From contig CM076000.1 in assembly GCA_038087875.1 (NCBI GenBank), positions 868,001 to 932,000 of the forward strand: 64,000 nucleotides of DNA. Reading direction: 5' to 3'. The notes under the pieces were generated by a model that was not told the DNA's origin, ran no database searches, and worked only from the letters and a program-made list of their open reading frames with translations. Positions 28,696 to 41,703 of this stretch are shown here, in pieces (positions within the stretch are counted from its first letter, which is position 1; the number at the start of each line of letters is the position of its first letter). This stretch comes from Malacoraja senta. Lineage: Eukaryota. The position numbers were made by a program, and so were the translations under genes.

Positions 28696-28837
28696 CTTCT
28701 TCTTCTTGCGTATGGTGTGCACAACCTAAAGTTGTAGGACAACTTGTTTTATTTGATCTTATTTGTTTGAGCACACCAGGATTATTTGCATTCTTCGAAT
28801 TAGGGCGGACCACGTGATTGTTGCAATCTCCCACCCC
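28696..28837 (-). mobile_element. 142-bp non-autonomous retroposon with HDV-like ribozyme head and (GAA)n tail
   Basis: TSD tttaaaagaat at 28685-28695 and 28838-28848; 3' tail gaagaagaag; the 5' 53 nt fit an HDV-like double-pseudoknot template (see findings). Confidence 0.72.
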
Positions 28838-29148
28838 TTTAAAAGAATGAAAAGTAATCTCATTCAAACTGTAGATCAGTGTCACACATGTTATGAGTCA
28901 TGCTTTTGTAGTTACGCCCACTAGCTTTACAGTAACCCTCCTTGCCTGGTTCCCGCATTATTAGAAAAATGTGCTAGCATGAAGTTACCTATGTTATGTC
29001 GCTAATAAAGTCTTTGGACCTTTATCATGGTGTAAGTCTTCAGTTATTTGGACAGCCGCAACACAACATGGTGTCAGAAGTATACGAACTCACTCTTTCC
29101 TTAATTCTATTGCTTTTATTTTAGTTTATTGTTTTTCAACTGTTTGCA

Positions 29149-31914
29149 ATGGCTTCTGCTCTCAGAAAACCAGAGGTCTTGGTATTTGATGAGGATCTCG
29201 CAAAACGATGGCGTGTATTTGAAGAAGATTTCTCAATCTACATTGATGCGGCTCACCCTACTGCTGACCCTGGTGTTCGAGCATCAATCCTTAATTTGGC
29301 AGGCACAGAAGCTGCTCGTCGTGCCAGAAGATTTCACTATGACCCAGCTAGATTTGACGGGGCTGGTGTCCAGATTGCTCCTGCTGAATCCATTAGAGAC
29401 CCTGACTGCCTACTGCGCAAATTCCGACAATTATGTGAGTTACGGACTAATTTAAGTATTGAGCGGCATCTGTTTTTTTCACGGTGCCAGAGACAGGGAG
29501 AGCCTGTGGAGTTATACGTTAGTGCGCTGACGCACATCGCAAGTCGGTGCAATTTCAGAGATATATGTGACAGCCTTATCCGTGATCGTTTGATCCATGG
29601 CATCCGCAATGATAAATTACGCGACGAGCTACTGCGGGATGCTGACCTTACCCTAGAGGCGGCCTAAAACCGCTGTCGCATTGCTGAAATGACTGATGCT
29701 CACATCAAAGTTCTGGAGCACTACTGCTCGTGAAGTTAATGTTGCCGGTATGTCTTATCAAATCTCTCCTCGTTTTTCTCAAGTGCCTGATACCAATTTG
29801 AGACAAATTGACAATTGCTTTAACTGTGGGGGTTCACATGCTGCTGTTCGTGACCGTTTCCCTGCATATGGAAAATTATGTTGATTCTCCAACAAAAGAA
29901 ACAATTTTCTTAGGTGCTGTCGTTCACATAACAATAGAGTTCAAACAAGACAATCTGTTAATTCGCTTGGCCGTGAAAACGCAAACTCAGAATTCTCACA
30001 ACCAGCTCCCATGGATTTACAGGCTGCTGGTGAAGGTGTTGATGTCGATGTACATTACTTGTCTGATTTAGTGCATAAACAACTGGACCCCAAGGTCGCT
30101 TTGCTCATTAATGGCAAAACTCTTTATCTGAAAGTGGATTCAGGTGCTCGGTGCAAAGTAATTTGCCTGGCTGTGTTCCAAAAGCTAAGAAAAACAGAGA
30201 CTGTTTCTCCAACAGCAGCATCCCTTGTTTCATTCGCTGGAAGTCGAGTGCACCCTATTGGTCAAGTTGAGTTGCGCTGCTGTCTCAACTCATGTGTCCA
30301 CAACCTGGATTTCTATGTGGTACGTGAAAATGTATCGTTTCTGCTGGGTGCCAACGCATGTCTAGACATGGGTCTGATTACTTTCAACCCTTCTGTCTGT
30401 CTTCTGACTACAGACTATGACTTTAACTATTAATTCCTAACACAATACAAGGTTTTGTTTGACGATAAGCTGGGCAGGTTGCCTCTCAGGTACACGATTA
30501 CCATTGACCCTGAGGCAATTCCAGTTGTTTGTCCGGCTCAAAAGATTCCCCATGCTATGCGGGACTGTGTTCAAAGTGAACTTAACAGAATGGTGTCTCG
30601 AAGTGTGATTACTCCCGTAACTGACTCCTTGGACTGGGTCTCCACCATGGTCATGGCTACCAAGAAGAACAAAGATGAGATACGGACTTGTATCAACCTT
30701 AAGGACTTAAACACAGCAATTAAATGACCCCGCTATCCCATGCGCACTGTGGATGAGATTGCTGCGCAGATGGCTGAGGCAACTGTATTCACGGTGCTAG
30801 ATGCCAAGAGTTCATTCTGGCAGATTTCGCTGGAACATAACTCCTCCAAGTTGATCACTTTCAGCACTCCGTTTGGGCGTTATAAATTTCTTTGCATGCC
30901 CTTTGGAATAAGTTCTGCTAGTGAAGTATTTCAACAAGCTATGGAGCAATTGTTTGCAGGCTACCCATGCTCCATCGTAGTGGATGATATCCTCATTGCT
31001 GGAAGAACGGTCGAAGAACACGATGCCAATCTGACAATGGTCTTGGATCGTGCCAAGGCCATCCATTGGTAAAAATGCAAATTCAGAGTGAATGAGGTGA
31101 AATACATAGGCCATATATTTACCAAAGACGGCCTAAAAACTGATCCAGCAATCAACGAGCTCCCAGCACCCAGAGACGTGCTAAGTTTGCAGAGATTCCT
31201 TGGCATGGTTAACTATTTGAGCAAATTCATTCCGGGTTTCAGCGAAATATCAGCCCCATTGCGCCAGCTTACACACAAAGACACTGCTTGGACCTGGCAC
31301 GAGCAACAACAGAAAGCGTTCGACACTCTTAAGCAGCAGATGTCTAGTACTCCTACTCTGGCGTACTTTGAACCTAAACTACCGGTTACACTGACTTGTG
31401 ATGCCTCACAACACGGACTCGGCGCAGCATGTCTTCAAAATGATGGCAACAGCATGACTGACACAGAACAACGATATGCCCAAATTGAGAAAGAGCTGTT
31501 GGCATTTGTTTTCGCCTGCAAGAAATTCAACGATTTCATCTTTGGTCACAGTCACGATTGAAACTGGCCACCAACCTCTGATCAGCATTTTCAACAAACC
31601 GATCAATGCCTCTCCGGCGTGCCTACAGCTGATGTTGCTGCAACTTAAAAAAATATGACATTGTTCTGATCCACAAACGCGGTAAGGATGTGCACTTGGC
31701 TGACACTCTCTCTCACGCACCCCGGAAGACCTGCGAGAATCCGCCCTTGCCGGATGATGACTTTATTGTAATGGCCGTGTCTTTTATCCCCTCGTCCTGT
31801 ATGAAGGATTTAGTTGCCCACACAGCTGCTGACAGTACCCTATGATCGCTTACCTCCGTCATTAAGCGCTGGCCAGACAAACACTACGTTCCGCTGCCTG
31901 TCCGGCCTTTCTTT
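29149..31914 (+). pseudogene. Gypsy gag, protease, RT and RNase H remnants
   Basis: gag ORF 29149-29667, Zn-knuckle remnant CFNCGGSH, protease KVDSGA, RT LDAKSSFWQI...MPFGI...VVDDIL, RNase H CDASQHGLGA...YAQIEKELLA; several stops and frameshifts. Confidence 0.9.
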
Positions 31915-34530
31915 TTTTTTTAATATATTTTTATTTTATTAGAAGTACAGTAATGTGGCACCAAGGTGCCTAATATATATTGACATGTTACATTTTATGT
32001 ACAGCTTCGTAGTTTTTTTTTTCCTTAATAAAAGAGAAAAAGAAAGAATAGGTAATAAAGAAATAGAAAAGCGTGTGGTGTCTAGATGTGTGAAAAGGAA
32101 AAGGGAGGAAAGAGGGGAAGAAAAAAAAAGAGAGAAAAAGAGGAAGTAGAGAGTAAGAGATTGTAGGAGATAGTTATTTATATTCTTGACCATCCTTCAT
32201 CCAGTCCTGAAACAGTTGGTTTCTACGATTTTGTTGCACCATATGCTTCCAAGAAATCGATAAATGGAGACCAACTCGTTAAGAATTGTTCTGTTTTGTC
32301 TGTTAGGAGGAATCGCATTTCTTCAAGATGTGCGGTTTCCAACATTTGAAATCCACATTTTAAGTGTTGGTATGGGTGTATTTTTCCAAAATTGAAGTAT
32401 GGTTTTTTTGCCGTTATTAACCCATAATTAAAAAATCGATTTTGAAATGTGTTCAGTTTGTTCCCATCTTCCGTTACTCCAAGTATAATCATTTCAGTGT
32501 TAGGCTCCATTTTTATCTTGAATAATTTTGTAAATATTTTAAAGATGTCGCTCCAGAATTTATGAAGTTTTATGCAGAAAACAAAAGAGTGTATAGTGGC
32601 ATTTTGAGATAAACATTTATCACAAATGGGAGAAGTATTTGGATAAAATTTATTCAATCTAGTTTTTGAGTAATATAATCTATGTAGAATTTTGAATTGA
32701 ATTAAGTTATGTCTTACGTTAATCGAGCATTTACCCTGTATGTATATATATCAAATGCTTTTCCCATGTTTCATTCGTGATTTTTATCATTAATTCTCGT
32801 TCCCAATCTTCTCTAAGTGCCTCTGTCGATCTGTTTAAAATACTATTATATAGATATGATATTAATTTCTGTAGAGACAGCCTTAATATTCATTGCTTCT
32901 TCCAGTGGATCTAAAGTTAAAGTTTGATATCTTTGTATATATTTCTTCATGAAGTCACAGATCTGAAGGTATTTAAAATATTGGTTATTTTTCAGCTTAA
33001 ATTTTAATTGTAATTGTTGGAATGATAACAGATTTCCCATTTCATACATATCGCTGATCCTTTTAATTCCCATTCTTTCCCATTGGTTATATGTTTAATC
33101 GGTAAGAGATGGTTTAAATGAAGGATTATTCACTATTGGCATTAACAATGATAGGTTTCTTAATTTTAAAGTTAATTTTATTTGTTTCCAAATTCTTATT
33201 GTATTGTGGATAATTGGATTATTCTTATATATTGTGTTGTTCAGTTTTATCGGGAAGATGATCGCTCCTATATTACAAGGAGAACAATCCTCTTGCTCCA
33301 TTCTTATCCATTCTGTCTGTTGGGTAGGACTGTCCAACCAATAAATTATATTTTTAATATGCACTGTCCAGTAATAATACAAAAAGTTCGGAAGTGAAAG
33401 TCCCCCAGCGTCTTTGGGTTTACACAGGTATTTTCTTTGAATTCTATGTGATCTATAGTCCCAAATAAAGTTAGTAATGTTAGAGTCTAGTTTTTTGAAG
33501 AAGTTTTTTGGTATGTATAATGGTATAGATTGAAATAGGTATAATATTTGTGGTAAAAATATCATTTTTATAGCGTTTATTCTGCCTATTAATGACAACG
33601 GGAGTGTTTTCCAGAATTTAATCAACGCGTTCAATTTAATTAATAAAGGTGTAAAATTAGCATTAAATAATGATTTGTATTTTCTAGTAATTTGGATACC
33701 CAAATACTTAAATTTTTCTGTTGTAATTTTAAAGGGGAATTTTAATAGGTGTGTCGATTCTTGAGGTTTTAACGTCATGATTTCACTTTTATCCCAGTTT
33801 ATTCTGTATCCTGAAAAAGAACCAAATTCCTCTATTAAATTTAATAAGTTTGGTATGCTCGTTTGCGAATTTGTAATGTATAGAAGTATATCGTTTGCGT
33901 ATAATGAAATTTTATTATTTGAGTCCTTAGTATTATATCCCCGAATATTCGGGTGAATTCTTATACTTTCAGCTAAGGGCTCTATCATAAGGGCAAATAG
34001 CAGGGGTGATAATGCACATCCCTGCCTATTGCCCCTCGATAATTGAAATTTTGGAGATAACATGTTATTAGATAATATTCTTGCCGTCGGTTTGTCATAT
34101 AATAATTTTACCCATACAATAAAATTCTCTCCCATATTAAATTTTTGCAGTACTTTATATAAATACTGCCACTCTACCTGATCAAATGCTTTCTCTGCGT
34201 CCAGTGAAACAATTGATATATCTTCTTCCGTTTTATGTGAGTACATTATATTAAACAGGCGTCTCAAATTATTAAATGAATGTCTTTTGGGTATAAACCC
34301 CGTTTGATCTGGATTTATCAATTTATTAATATATTTACTCAATCTTCTTGCTAAGGTCTTTGCTAAAATTTTCTGATCTGTATATAAAAGTGATATAGCT
34401 CTATATGAGCCTGGTTCTTCTAAATCTTTATCTTTTTTTGGTATAAGCATAATAGTTGATTCAGCTAATGTTTCTGGTAGTTTATTTTCTTTAAAGGCGG
34501 GAGTATATAGTTTAAGTAAACATGGAGCCG
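31915..34530 (-). mobile_element. 5'-truncated L1-clade LINE inserted in Gypsy pol
   Basis: ORF2 RT (SYRAISLL, DQTGFI, SLDAEKAFD, GNRQGCALSPLLF, YANDIL), C-terminal Cys motif, 3' AATAAA + poly(A) at ~31915-31940; 17-bp TSD ctgtccggcctttcttt at 31898-31914 and 34531-34547. Confidence 0.93.
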
Positions 34531-35600
34531 CTGTCCGGCCTTTCTTTGCCGTCCGTGATGAGCTAGTGCTGCAGGATGGCATTGTCTTAAAAGGACACAA
34601 GGCTGTGGTTCCTGCTTCGCTGCAAAACCAGTATTTTAACGCTGTCCATGCAGGGCACCCAGGCGCTGATGCTGCTGTCCTACGGGCAAAAAGCATGTTT
34701 TACTGGCCTGGCATGGCCGACTACATCACCGAGAATGTGGCATCCTGTGCAGCATGCAACAGCTTGGCACCTCACCAACAAAAGCAACCACTTCTTTCAC
34801 ATCCGGTACCTGCACTCTTGTGGTCTACAGTGGCAGCTGACATATTTGAATAGCATGGCAAGTAGTACCTGGTACTCGTCGATTCGTATTCAGGATGGTT
34901 TGACATTGATTTTCTTAGCAGCCCCACTTCCAGCGGTGTGATTTCGAAGTTATCTCGCCCTTTTTCAGTCCACAGATCTCTGGGCAGACTGCTAACTGAC
35001 AACGGCAGTCAATTCACCAGCCAACACTTCAGGGAGTTTGCTAGACGCTGGAATTTTCGCCACATTACCAGCAGCCCTGAATATCCACAGTCTAATGGGC
35101 TGGCTGAACGAGCTGTCAAAAGTGCCAAACAGCGCATGGAACGTTCACACAGAGCTAAATCCGATGTATTCCTGGATCTGCTCAACTTACGCAACATCTC
35201 CCGTGACACCGTTTTGGGTTCGCCCCCTCAACGTTTATTGTCAAGGCAGACCCCTGCTATGGTGCCTATGGTGGATCAGGCATTGATCCCACAGGTGATT
35301 CCACCTGAGGAGGTTCAATCCAGGTTACAACAGAAGCGTGACATTCAAAAACAATGGCTTGACAAAACAAGTAGGCCACTGCCACCATTGACCAAGGGGC
35401 AGTTGGTCCGTTTACAGACTGACAAAGGCCATGCCCGTATTTGTGTGATTTCTGGAATTGCTTCTGAGCCACGCTCGTATATTGTCAGTGCAGATGGCGG
35501 CACCTACAGGCGTAACAGACATATCCTGCCTGTGAAAGAGCCAGTTGCTCCTCCGTATTATCTAGACCATACTAGTGCACTTCCGTCTGTGTCTAGCGGC
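34531..35600 (+). pseudogene. Gypsy integrase remnant
   Basis: HAGHPG...YWPGM...CAAC zinc-binding motif; TDNGSQF...SSPEYPQSNGLAERAV core; stops near 34851. Confidence 0.9.
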
Positions 35601-38600
35601 ACTCTTCCGCCTCTACCAGCACAACAACCCACGTCTGCAATGTCTCCTCTGCCAGTGACGACTTCGCCTGTGCCACCATCTCCTGCTTCGTCTCCAGGAA
35701 TGCTGGTTCAGTCTCTTCACCTGTGCAGCCACCTGCTCTGTCCCCGGGTAGAAAGAACGGAGATGGGCTTTATCGTACACGTGCTGGTCGTGTTTGTAAG
35801 CCGGTTGTGAAGTACCCGGACTATGTTTGACGTTCCTCCAGTTTATTATCAATTGCTATGCATGCCTTACTTAGTTAATGGGTTTGTACTGTTGTTGATT
35901 CTTTAAGAGGGAGGATGTAGATCAGTGTCACTCATGTTATGAAGCATGCTTTTGTAGTTACGCCCACTAGGTTTACAGTAACCCTCCCTGCCTGGTTCCC
36001 ACATTATAAGTAAAATGTGCTAGCATGAACATACCTATGCTATGTTGTTAATAAAGTCTTTGGACCTTTATCATGGTGTAAGGCTTCAGTTATTTGGACA
36101 GCCCCAACACAACAAAACATACCACATTCTTAGAGGCTTCAGCTTGTTAAATACAGAGATGATATTTCCCCCGGCTTACGAGCCTACAAGCAGGGTTTAG
36201 AGTCAGAAACTAAAACATAGGGTATCCAGGAGCTAAAGGAGGAGACATTTCTTCAGTCAAAGAATTCTCTATCCCAGAGATCTGTTGAGCTCAGTCAATA
36301 ATTGCATTAAAAACTGATATCAGTAAGATTTCTGGATATGAAGCGGAAGAGGGAGCTGGGGATAAGGCAAGAACATTTTTGGTTGTAGGTCAGTCATGGA
36401 TTTATTGAATAATCGACTAGCTGATTGGTCTACTCCTGTTCTATTATTTCTTCTTCTTATGTACAAACTAGGGTCACACGATAGTGATACTGATGAAGGC
36501 ACAAATGAAGATCATGGAAGAACTCCACACAGAACATATGGCTACAAAAACTATGATTAGATTTGTCTATTGGCCTGCTTCAAAAACAATATGGAAAATC
36601 TAGTCCACATTTCAGGCTTGTAGAGGCTTCCTCCTAAAGCACGGCTCCAGACATAATTATGCACCATTAATATCTTCACAGCTTGAATAATGTAAATTCA
36701 TCCTTACAGAATTGGCAAATCACTTTGAAATGCAGAATAAAAACCATCTCTTACAAAATTTACGTGAGTATAAAATAACAACACGAATTATGAAAGAAAA
36801 GCTTGTCAATTTTTTTTCAGGGGTTCATGATAATGGAAAATTGCAAGTCTTCCACGAATCCACCCTGTCTGTAACATGTAGATATATTGTAGCTGGAAGA
36901 AAAGCTTGAAGGATCATGCACTGCTATACAACGCATGATAGAGGGAGTATGTATCCATTTTTACCATACAGAGATCTCCTGGAAAAATTGTAGATGATGG
37001 TTCAGAATTCTGTGTGAAGAATTTTATATCCCCTGCCCAAAAGCTATGTTCTCCAGATATGGCGAAAAGTTCCCTGCAGTCTACCCTATCTATCCCTCAT
37101 TATTTTATATACCTCAATCATATCCTCTCTTAACCCCCTAGTCTTCAGGGAAACAGACCTAACTTCTCCAGTCTCTCCATCAATGAATGGCTCCATCCTC
37201 AACAATATCTGAATGTTATTGCATCCAAAAGGTTTTACAGGAAGTTTCAAGAAACCTGAACTCTCATTCCAGAGGAAGACAAATTAATTATTCTGGAAGA
37301 CTTCAAGGCCACACTTGAAAAAAATGCAATTGACCAGCAAGCTGTGAATGGGAAGGAAGCAGTAGGAAATTACTCAGAGTTCACAAAATGCTTGGAACAC
37401 TTTGTCACAAACAAGATTATATTTTGTTAGAAAAGCAAGACCTCATGACGATACCTCTAATCCAGGCATTGCCACTTACTAATTATATGATTGTTAAAGC
37501 AAGAGGCCTGTGTCCATATCACTTGTGCTATATCTGTTATTGATGACTGACCACTCCGCTATCTCCATTAGCCTGGTCCCCAGAAAACTTACCTGAACAT
37601 TGCTTGTTTGAAATACCACATAAAAATAACTCTCATTACTTCAAAGATAACCCAAGAGCCCCAAATCAACAAAGCCTGCTTCATGTCTGGATTGTTGTCC
37701 ACCAGAATTAGTGCCTTTAAAATAGACTCACAGCTTTGCCACCAGAAATCACCAGGACTGGTTTGATGTGTATGAATTAGAGATCCAGGAGCTAACTAAC
37801 TGTATGTAAGGGATTCTAGGATTGTGCTTTATATCAGCCACTTCCAACCAATTCAAGTCAACATCGATAAAAACAATACCGTCCATTACTTAGAATGAAC
37901 ATCTGTGTTCACAACATTTTGACCATGGAACATAATCTCAAAGCCATGTTGCCAATGTAACTCCAAAAATAATTTCTATCCATATAAGGATCATAACGTG
38001 CAGTTCTTAAAAATGGATTTCCATCCTCCAAATCATAATTTTCTGCTTTTTATCCTGTTTAATTTTCAATTGTAGTTTATTTTTAAGATGTGGAAACCGC
38101 AAGGAGAATGGAAAATGGGCAAGGGCAACAGGAATATAATGAGGTGAACACCAAAACAGGATTTATAGAAGGCCTGAAACAGATGAAAGCTTATATATTT
38201 AAGGAGATAAATGAAAAAAAGCTATTGACAAATAAAAATGAGCTAGGAAAGACACCAAAAAGACATGGAAATAAAATAACAGAATTAATGAAAATGCAGA
38301 AAGTATTGACCACACATTGCTTTTGAACATGGGAAATTCTGAAAGGTACATAATTTTTGAAAACCTCATCTACTAAAAATGAAGCAGAAGACATTCTTAA
38401 AGGATATTTAAATGAAAATGAAGATTCTGGAATCTTAGATTTTAAAGTAAGTCATGCTTTTGCATCATTTGAATATTATAATTCAGGTTTAAGTTATTCT
38501 CAACATTTTGGAAATATGAAAATCTTTATTCATGGTGTGACAGTCCACAAAGCCATAAGGACAGCAGTATAACTCACAGACCAAGTTTCAGTAGGCATTT

Positions 38601-40172
38601 ATTAACAGTTCTGAATCTCAAAATTGAGAATTACAATCAAACCAAAGAAGTTAGTGCAAATACTAATGGAATGAATAATTAGCATTAATGTATGCCATAG
38701 TGGTGTCCCAAAATGCTGAATTCAGAACGTGTACAACAAGAAAATGACTAGCTTAAGGATGAAACTAATTTGTAAAGAAAGCAAAATTCAAATCGGAAAT
38801 ATACTCCTTTGACCAGGTATATTCTTAAAATAAATGTGTATGTGAATACCCAAAGGTAACAGGCTCTTTTCTCTATGGTGTTAGGCCTTTAATTGGAAAT
38901 TCCATTTTATTCTGTAATAAGATTTTAGTCCTAAGCTTCAAAGCAGTTTAAGTACCTTATATTCTCACATTTACAATATTTGCAGTTATTGAACAAACTA
39001 CATTTCATAAATCTTGTCTAATACTTGTTTCCTACTTTAAATTAATTGATGATTAAGCACCAAATCACTTATGGGAATCACTAACTGGTTCAGGTTTAAA
39101 GTTTATGAAGGTTTGTCAGTGATCTCCCTATTCATTAAAGACTTATGGTTAACTTGAAGGTTTTATATCAAACTTGACTGAAATGAGAGAAATAATTATT
39201 CCACAGGTAGAGTGAGTTGGCAACCACCAAAAGCAACTACTATGAGCAGTCAATAATGAAAGGTAAATCAATTTTATATAAAATTGATTTACCTTTCATT
39301 ATTGACTGCTCATAGTAGTTGCTTTTGGTGGTTGCCAACTCACTCCTACCTGTGGAATAATTATTTCTCTCCTATATATAGCGGGTATGCAAATATCTTA
39401 CTTAATGTTTCAAGCATCTTTCATCTTTAAAATGTAATCTCCTCAATATTACTTTTGTACTCTAGATAATTATCTTAGAGATCCTGGCAGTAATTATTTG
39501 AACATTGAAATTCAAAATTCTGAAAATACTATCACAGAAAGCAACATTATTTCCATGTGAAAGTTTCTTTTAACCCGTTGCATTAAAGAAATACTGGAAG
39601 ACCGATATTTAATGTAGAAAATATATTGTTAAGCACCATGTAACTATATAGTAATAATCACGTTGCTTCTGTCAGTGTAGAAATGATATGTCATGAAATT
39701 TAGACTTAAAATTGCTGTCTCTGAGCATTCCTGGTGTATTTCTCTGCCCACCATTCGTCACCCTCTTTTTCAGGTGAGTTCAATAGCTTTTTAAGGTTAG
39801 TTCAATAAAGCTTCACTTTATAACAATAATTATTTGTATTTATTTTGCACTTCTATCACAGATAAAATGTTCTAAACTGCTCCAATTGAAACAACCTTAT
39901 TTGAATTCAGTCATTGAAGATATTGGTCAAATATATGGATTTTGGGAATAACTATCAGGCAAGAGAGGATGTTTATAAAGATGAATACAGACACTGTCTA
40001 GTTGGATGAAGCCAATGCATTCAATGATGGAGCAAAAGGCACAAAGTATGTTCAGGAGGCTGAAGTTGAAAAAATAGTTTGCAAAACAAATTGAATTGGG
40101 AAAAATAGTTATACACACAAGGGAAGGCGAGATGAAAAATCGTAAACTTGTGGGAAAGGTGATAACTGAATA

Positions 40173-40187
40173 GGTTTTTTTTTTTTT

Positions 40188-40220
<33 letters not shown>

Positions 40221-40747
40221 TTATTTATTTTTTATTTTTTAGAAGTACGGTAGATTACAGTAATGTACAACACGTATATATTAATACATTTTTTGTACCG
40301 CTTCACTTTTTTAAACTTTAAGAAAGAAAAAGAAAGAAGTAAGAAAAGTGAAGAAAGTGCACAAAGGTTGTGAAGTGCAAAAGAGTGTTGGGAAAAGAAA
40401 GCCCCTTAGAAAAGAAGTTAGAGAAGGAAGTAAAGTTAGAAAATAGACCCTAGAAAAAAAAAGAGAAAGAAAGAAGGAACAATCGCTCTATTATAATTCT
40501 TATACCATACTTCATAGAGAAGGAACTACCAACCAAGTCTGTTTTTATTTTACCTCCCATTACCAGGTCCAGATACCTTTTATTTATTTATTTGTTTTTC
40601 TAAATTACTATTGCACCTCATGCTTGTAATAGGTCCAAAAACGTAGACCACGTCTTTTGAAATTGATCTACTTTGCCTACTAGGAGGAATCTCATCTCTT
40701 CCAGATGTAATGTTTCCAACATATTTGATGTCCACATTTTTATTGTT
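40173..40747 (-). mobile_element. L1 3' fragment (same family as 31915-34530)
   Basis: Matches the ORF2 C-terminus/3'UTR (gtacttct; ETLHLEEMRFLL) and ends in an A-rich tail. Confidence 0.85.
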
Positions 40748-41045
40748 CAGAAATTCAATTGACTTTTGCTGTTCTTCTCTATGGAAATATTTTCATTACA
40801 TTTTGACAACATATAATGTTGCTTTGTTGGGCTCCATGCATCAAACTACTGTTTATCTACTTCTAAAGATCACATTATGCCTGCAAACATGCATGGATTA
40901 AACTGTTAAGAGGCTTTGGGTTTCCTTCATTCAGTGGTTTCATGGACCTCTGCTGGTGATAGCATTAAACTGTGTAACCAAAAAGCCCTAAAAAAATATA
41001 AATATGCATTGTACTACCACATAATAGGCACAATACTTAGGAATA

Positions 41046-41583
41046 TCAATTTAACAAAAAATCAGGTTCGGCATAATCAAACAGTTTAAAATCTCCTTGG
41101 AAACGAGCAGCAAGGCGTTTTATATCTCGTTTGCTGATTCCTGCAAAATACTGCTCAATCTTAGTTCTGTTGTACGCTGTAATGCCAGGTGGGATTTGGG
41201 GATAGGACACCAAATTATTTATTCCTGCTCTCTTTATTATGTATGGAGCATCATTTTCCAGTGTTTCATGATGTCCTATGACATCATACTTGATTTCACA
41301 AGGTGCACAAAGCTCAACATAAGTAGCCCAATGAATAATAGATTCTCCTATTTTAACATCAAGCCACTTGTGGTTAGGATCACCTAAATAGCGAATAAAA
41401 TCATCAAATTGGAGTCCTTTAGTCTCTGTTCGATTCCTCCTATACTTTTGAATAATTGCGGGAGCAATTTTATATTTATACCATGGTTCAAATCGAGGAT
41501 TCTTTAGAAACTTGTCTTTGAATGCAGAAATCAGCCTTTCGAATGGATCCCTAACGATGAGGAATTTGAAGTATGCATTTAAT
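41046..41583 (-). CDS. CHST10: CHST10 last coding exon with 3'-PB motif
   Basis: tttcag|LNAYFKFLIVRDPFERLISAFKDKF...HWATYVELCAPCEIKYDVIGHHETLENDAPYI...DFKLFDYAEPDFLLN*; 538 bp. Confidence 0.95.
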
Positions 41584-41703
41584 CTGAAAGAAAACAACGA
41601 AAATAGAATTATAATTCTTCCAGTATGCCACTAAAACATATTTTAAAAAATCCAAGGAAAGTATGGACATTATAGCTGTGATCCAGTAGATTTGTTAATA
41701 CTA

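Larger units (their letters stand above)
28870..36114 (+). mobile_element. Ty3/Gypsy LTR retrotransposon, full-length but decayed
   Basis: LTRs 28870-29068 and 35916-36114 (199 bp, TG...CA, ~15 mismatches by manual count); 4-bp TSD AAAC; PBS tggtgtcagaagt at 29069 (tRNA-Leu-like); PPT aagagggagga before the 3' LTR; domain order gag-PR-RT-RH-IN. Confidence 0.95.

Noticed and set aside
33095..34696. 533-aa ORF as a novel protein
   Set aside because: It is a chimera of antisense Gypsy integrase sequence and a 5'-truncated L1 ORF2 across the TSD.
37200..37800. Possible RTE-type LINE remnant
   Set aside because: Too decayed to set boundaries or family by eye.
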